Shown here piece by piece: positions 60,927-64,000 of a stretch of DNA of 64,000 nt. The notes below the pieces were generated by a model. That model saw only the letters and a list, made by a program, of their open reading frames with translations, was not told where the DNA came from and ran no database searches. The stretch's first letter is position 1. Every line of letters begins with the position of its first letter. Source of the DNA: Paraphysomonas bandaiensis (lineage: Eukaryota; Protista; Chrysophyceae); contig CBFFRP010000280.1 of assembly GCA_965644295.1 (NCBI GenBank), positions 1-64,000 of the forward strand, given 5' to 3'. The position numbers and the translations under genes are program-made.

Positions 60927-63579
60927 TGTGTGGTCTGCTGCATTCATGAGTGTGTATATCTCTCATAAAGGCTCATTAATCATTTGGATGTGTAAACCAC
61001 CCAACAGATAACGCGATCTCCTGAATCCATTGTTATGGCAGTGGTTATGGCAATGCTGGTCTATTAGCTTTCCGCTACAGGGTCAATAGGCCCTTATAAC
61101 TCTACTTATAATCTGGTAAGATCCATCCCATAACCACTCTACCATACATACGCTGGGATGATATATACTCACCCTGATTATGGTTCATCAATTACATTCA
61201 ATTGATACCATAGCCGTAACGCCTTCCGTATCTTGTTAAATATACGATAGATTGATATTTGATGTAAACCCGGAAGAAAATTATACATAGTTTGAATACA
61301 GAAGTGACACCATTAGTGTTTGGTTGAACTTAAAGGCTCAAACTAACAGCCAATTTGGCACTCATAAATATTTGATTCAATGATGGTTACTTTAGTAATT
61401 TGACCAGCTGTTGTACTTGTGATATATATGTTCACTACTTGATGCAATATGTGTACTTCATTTTTCCTTGTTGTAGGTGCGCTGAAATGGAGATGAAGTG
61501 CACCGTTGCTGGGGATACCACTCTTCATGAGCGTGAGGGTTTTGGTGATAGAAGTGGTATTGCGAGCACTAGCTGACTTCTTCAATTCAGATTTTGAGTT
61601 AGCTTCATATATATTTTCAGAATTCATTTGAAAAGAATATTTTTCGCATAGTAAATTAGTAAACGATTTTTTAGACATGTGGCACAGGGCACTTCGTCTT
61701 CTTTCTTTTTGCTTGCGCCTAATACAGTTAGCAACTAATGAGTAAAACACCTCCGCATTTTTACAACATCATCCCCAACGACAGCCCCATTTAAATATTA
61801 AAGAATATTTGTTTAATTGTCTATATGATATGTTCTGAGGTCGTTACATAAGTACTTGGCTTTCAACTAATAATTTTTTTAATATAGAGACTCAAAAAAG
61901 GCAACTTCTAGGTTTCATATCAACAAACTGACTTAATTTATTGCAACCTACGATTCCCCAAGCTTAAAGGAAGGATCTATAATTACTACCAATATCCAGT
62001 ATAGCAGTCTAATTTTTCAACTACCTAAGACGCATCATCAGCAATGTATAGGAAACGATATGAAGATTTACTCATTTATCATTTACATATACATATTATT
62101 ATACATGTGAATACAGAATGCAACACGACGCAATGAATAAATCGATTACCTCCTAGAGGGTAAACCAACCCAATAATAGTCTGAAAGTACGGAATCAAGA
62201 TAAGTAAGTAAATTGGCACCTAGAGTAACGTATTATTGACCTTGCTCTGCCCTATAGAAATGCGAGAATGCTATGCTATGTATGTTGAATGATTAAAACG
62301 CAGTAAATCGGTATTCCATGTTCGACACAAACAAACATGGGTTTCTTTCTCCAATAAAAGGTTATAATTATAATAATATATAGATCATGATAGTCAGTTC
62401 TACACAATAAGGCCTCAACAAAATAATGACCGCTAGTTACTTCTCAGAAATTAATTCGTTCAAACAACATACCGTCAAGTCTCTCGATTTGTACAAAATG
62501 GTCACCAGAGAGTCAACTTGAACCCACAAAACGCGGACTGGAGTGATTCGACGACCATAAAACAGTTGAGCTCTTATGATCACCAATCTTATTTTAAATG
62601 ATATAAATTATATACTTATTTGATGAAAAAGGCGTCTATTAATAGAAAAATTCGTCATATTATGTATAATTATATCATTCGCATCTCCATATATTGTTCA
62701 TCTTACGAGTCATTATTTGTTTTGTTGTTGTATTTAAACGCTGTGCAACAATTTCATAAAGAGTAACAATGGGTCCTTCTAGCTGTATTAGAGTCAAACA
62801 GAATTAATTATTTAGTTCGTATTTAATATTATCTTAGCATAATCTTAATATATTAACACCCGCGTTAAAACATAAGTCTTTTACAAAATAAGGAATCTTA
62901 ATATTTCAAAGCAACTGAAGTTTTAAAAGAAAACGAATATGGCGTATTTATAATACTTAAAAATAAATCATTGCAAAGTTTTTTAAAATTAGATAAAAGT
63001 GTAGTTCAAGGGCAAAATAAAGACAATAATATAATTATGAAAATCAGATTTATCATTATTCTTTTAAATATGAATTCCATCTGAAAAATTATAATATAAT
63101 AATTGATAAATTTGTTCTCTTACATTTATGTTTGCTGTTGATTTACCATTATTATTAAATTTCATGGGTCGGTGAAAATTGCGCTTCTTCGTATGACGGA
63201 GAAGAAACGGCTGTCTATAGGAGCTGAAATTTTAAATTACTTTATTTATTTATTTATGCTCGTAAGCTCTGAGTCCTCTAATTGAAGTCTTGTAATCGTC
63301 GATTGAGTTTATTTGACCCTGATTTTATTCTCTGTCATTAGGAAGTTCTTCGTGCCAAAAGGTGGCATGGAATTTTTTCTTTTGTCGAATGACTTGGATT
63401 TGGAGTTGTCGTAACTATTAGTTTGGAACTCATCTCTTGCCAAAATGAGATGTATGACAAGTTACAACATTCATCAATAGGTACTTCTAAAATCTCTTTT
63501 AAAGTTACATTGATTGCTTCATTGTTGTTGATGTATAACGTATAAAGTATAAATACATAAATACGGGATATATTATTCA

Positions 63580-63690
63580 ACCTAGTCAATTTGGTGGACT
63601 TTCCTAGTCACTCCAAAATTGGTATAATAACCTAGTCAAAGCAATAAATGACTCAACCTAGCCAATTATAGTATTAAACCTAGTCATGAA
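63580..63690 (-). repeat. Inverted second copy of the GACTAGG-motif repeat
   Basis: Multiple CCTAGTCA motifs; matches 16460-16535. Confidence 0.7.
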
Positions 63691-64000
63691 TTGTACTCGC
63701 ATATAGCTACGAATTACAGAAGCATGAGGTCATAGAAGGTGAATTAAAATCAATACAACATAGATCAGGCGAACACAAAGCTAAAGAGCAGTAATATAGT
63801 AAGATATAACAGCATGGGCAGGACTCCATCGCTCTACACATTCTACCATACGATTGATGACAGCACTATAAAATCTCATCAAAATTGGGGTGTATCCTGC
63901 TGCTATAGTTGTCAGGCAGAAATCCACTCCACGCACATATACGACATACTTTACAAATGTGGACTACGATGCTGAAATATGATTTATCTTTCTAACTAAT

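Noticed and set aside
61343-61750. 135-aa ORF in the AT-rich distal region
   Set aside because: Non-ATG start, no recognisable motif and no supporting splice structure.

Overview
Eukaryotic genomic DNA: gene-dense, with short (about 45-75 bp) GT-AG introns. TTLL and MKKS/BBS6 genes point to a flagellated protist; a stramenopile is plausible but not proven. The main result is at 1228-7028 on the minus strand. What looks like a 148-bp satellite plus four 495-bp duplications reads as one spliced gene made entirely of phase-0 exons: four copies of a Neuralized-homology(NHR)-like domain exon, 22 copies of a 75-nt exon encoding a lysine-free 25-aa linker, and a terminal C3HC4 RING exon that the ORF track misses. 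This is a Neuralized-like E3 ligase built as an exon 'accordion'. Other genes: COX17 (also missed by the ORF track), an unknown coiled-coil protein, a TTL/TTLL enzyme, GT34-TPR, tRNA-Val(TAC), a Cdc123/R2K ATP-grasp protein with an N-terminal WH2-like motif, a KH protein, MKKS/BBS6, a rhomboid, an ADC-family protein, a JmjC protein, an intronless ARM-TIR protein, Kelch-BTB, a PX-nucleotidyltransferase fusion, GINS1/PSF1, R3H-SUZ and a Slo/BK-type K+ channel. Mobile and repetitive DNA: a copia fragment, two hAT deletion derivatives with 8-bp TSDs (one nested, with its empty site visible elsewhere in the window), LINE/SINE-like fragments sharing a 3' tail (one with a 5' inversion), small MITE/foldback elements, a palindrome-based array, a 19-bp minisatellite and two long (TATG)n tracts. 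All domain calls are by-eye motif recognition; no database searches were run.
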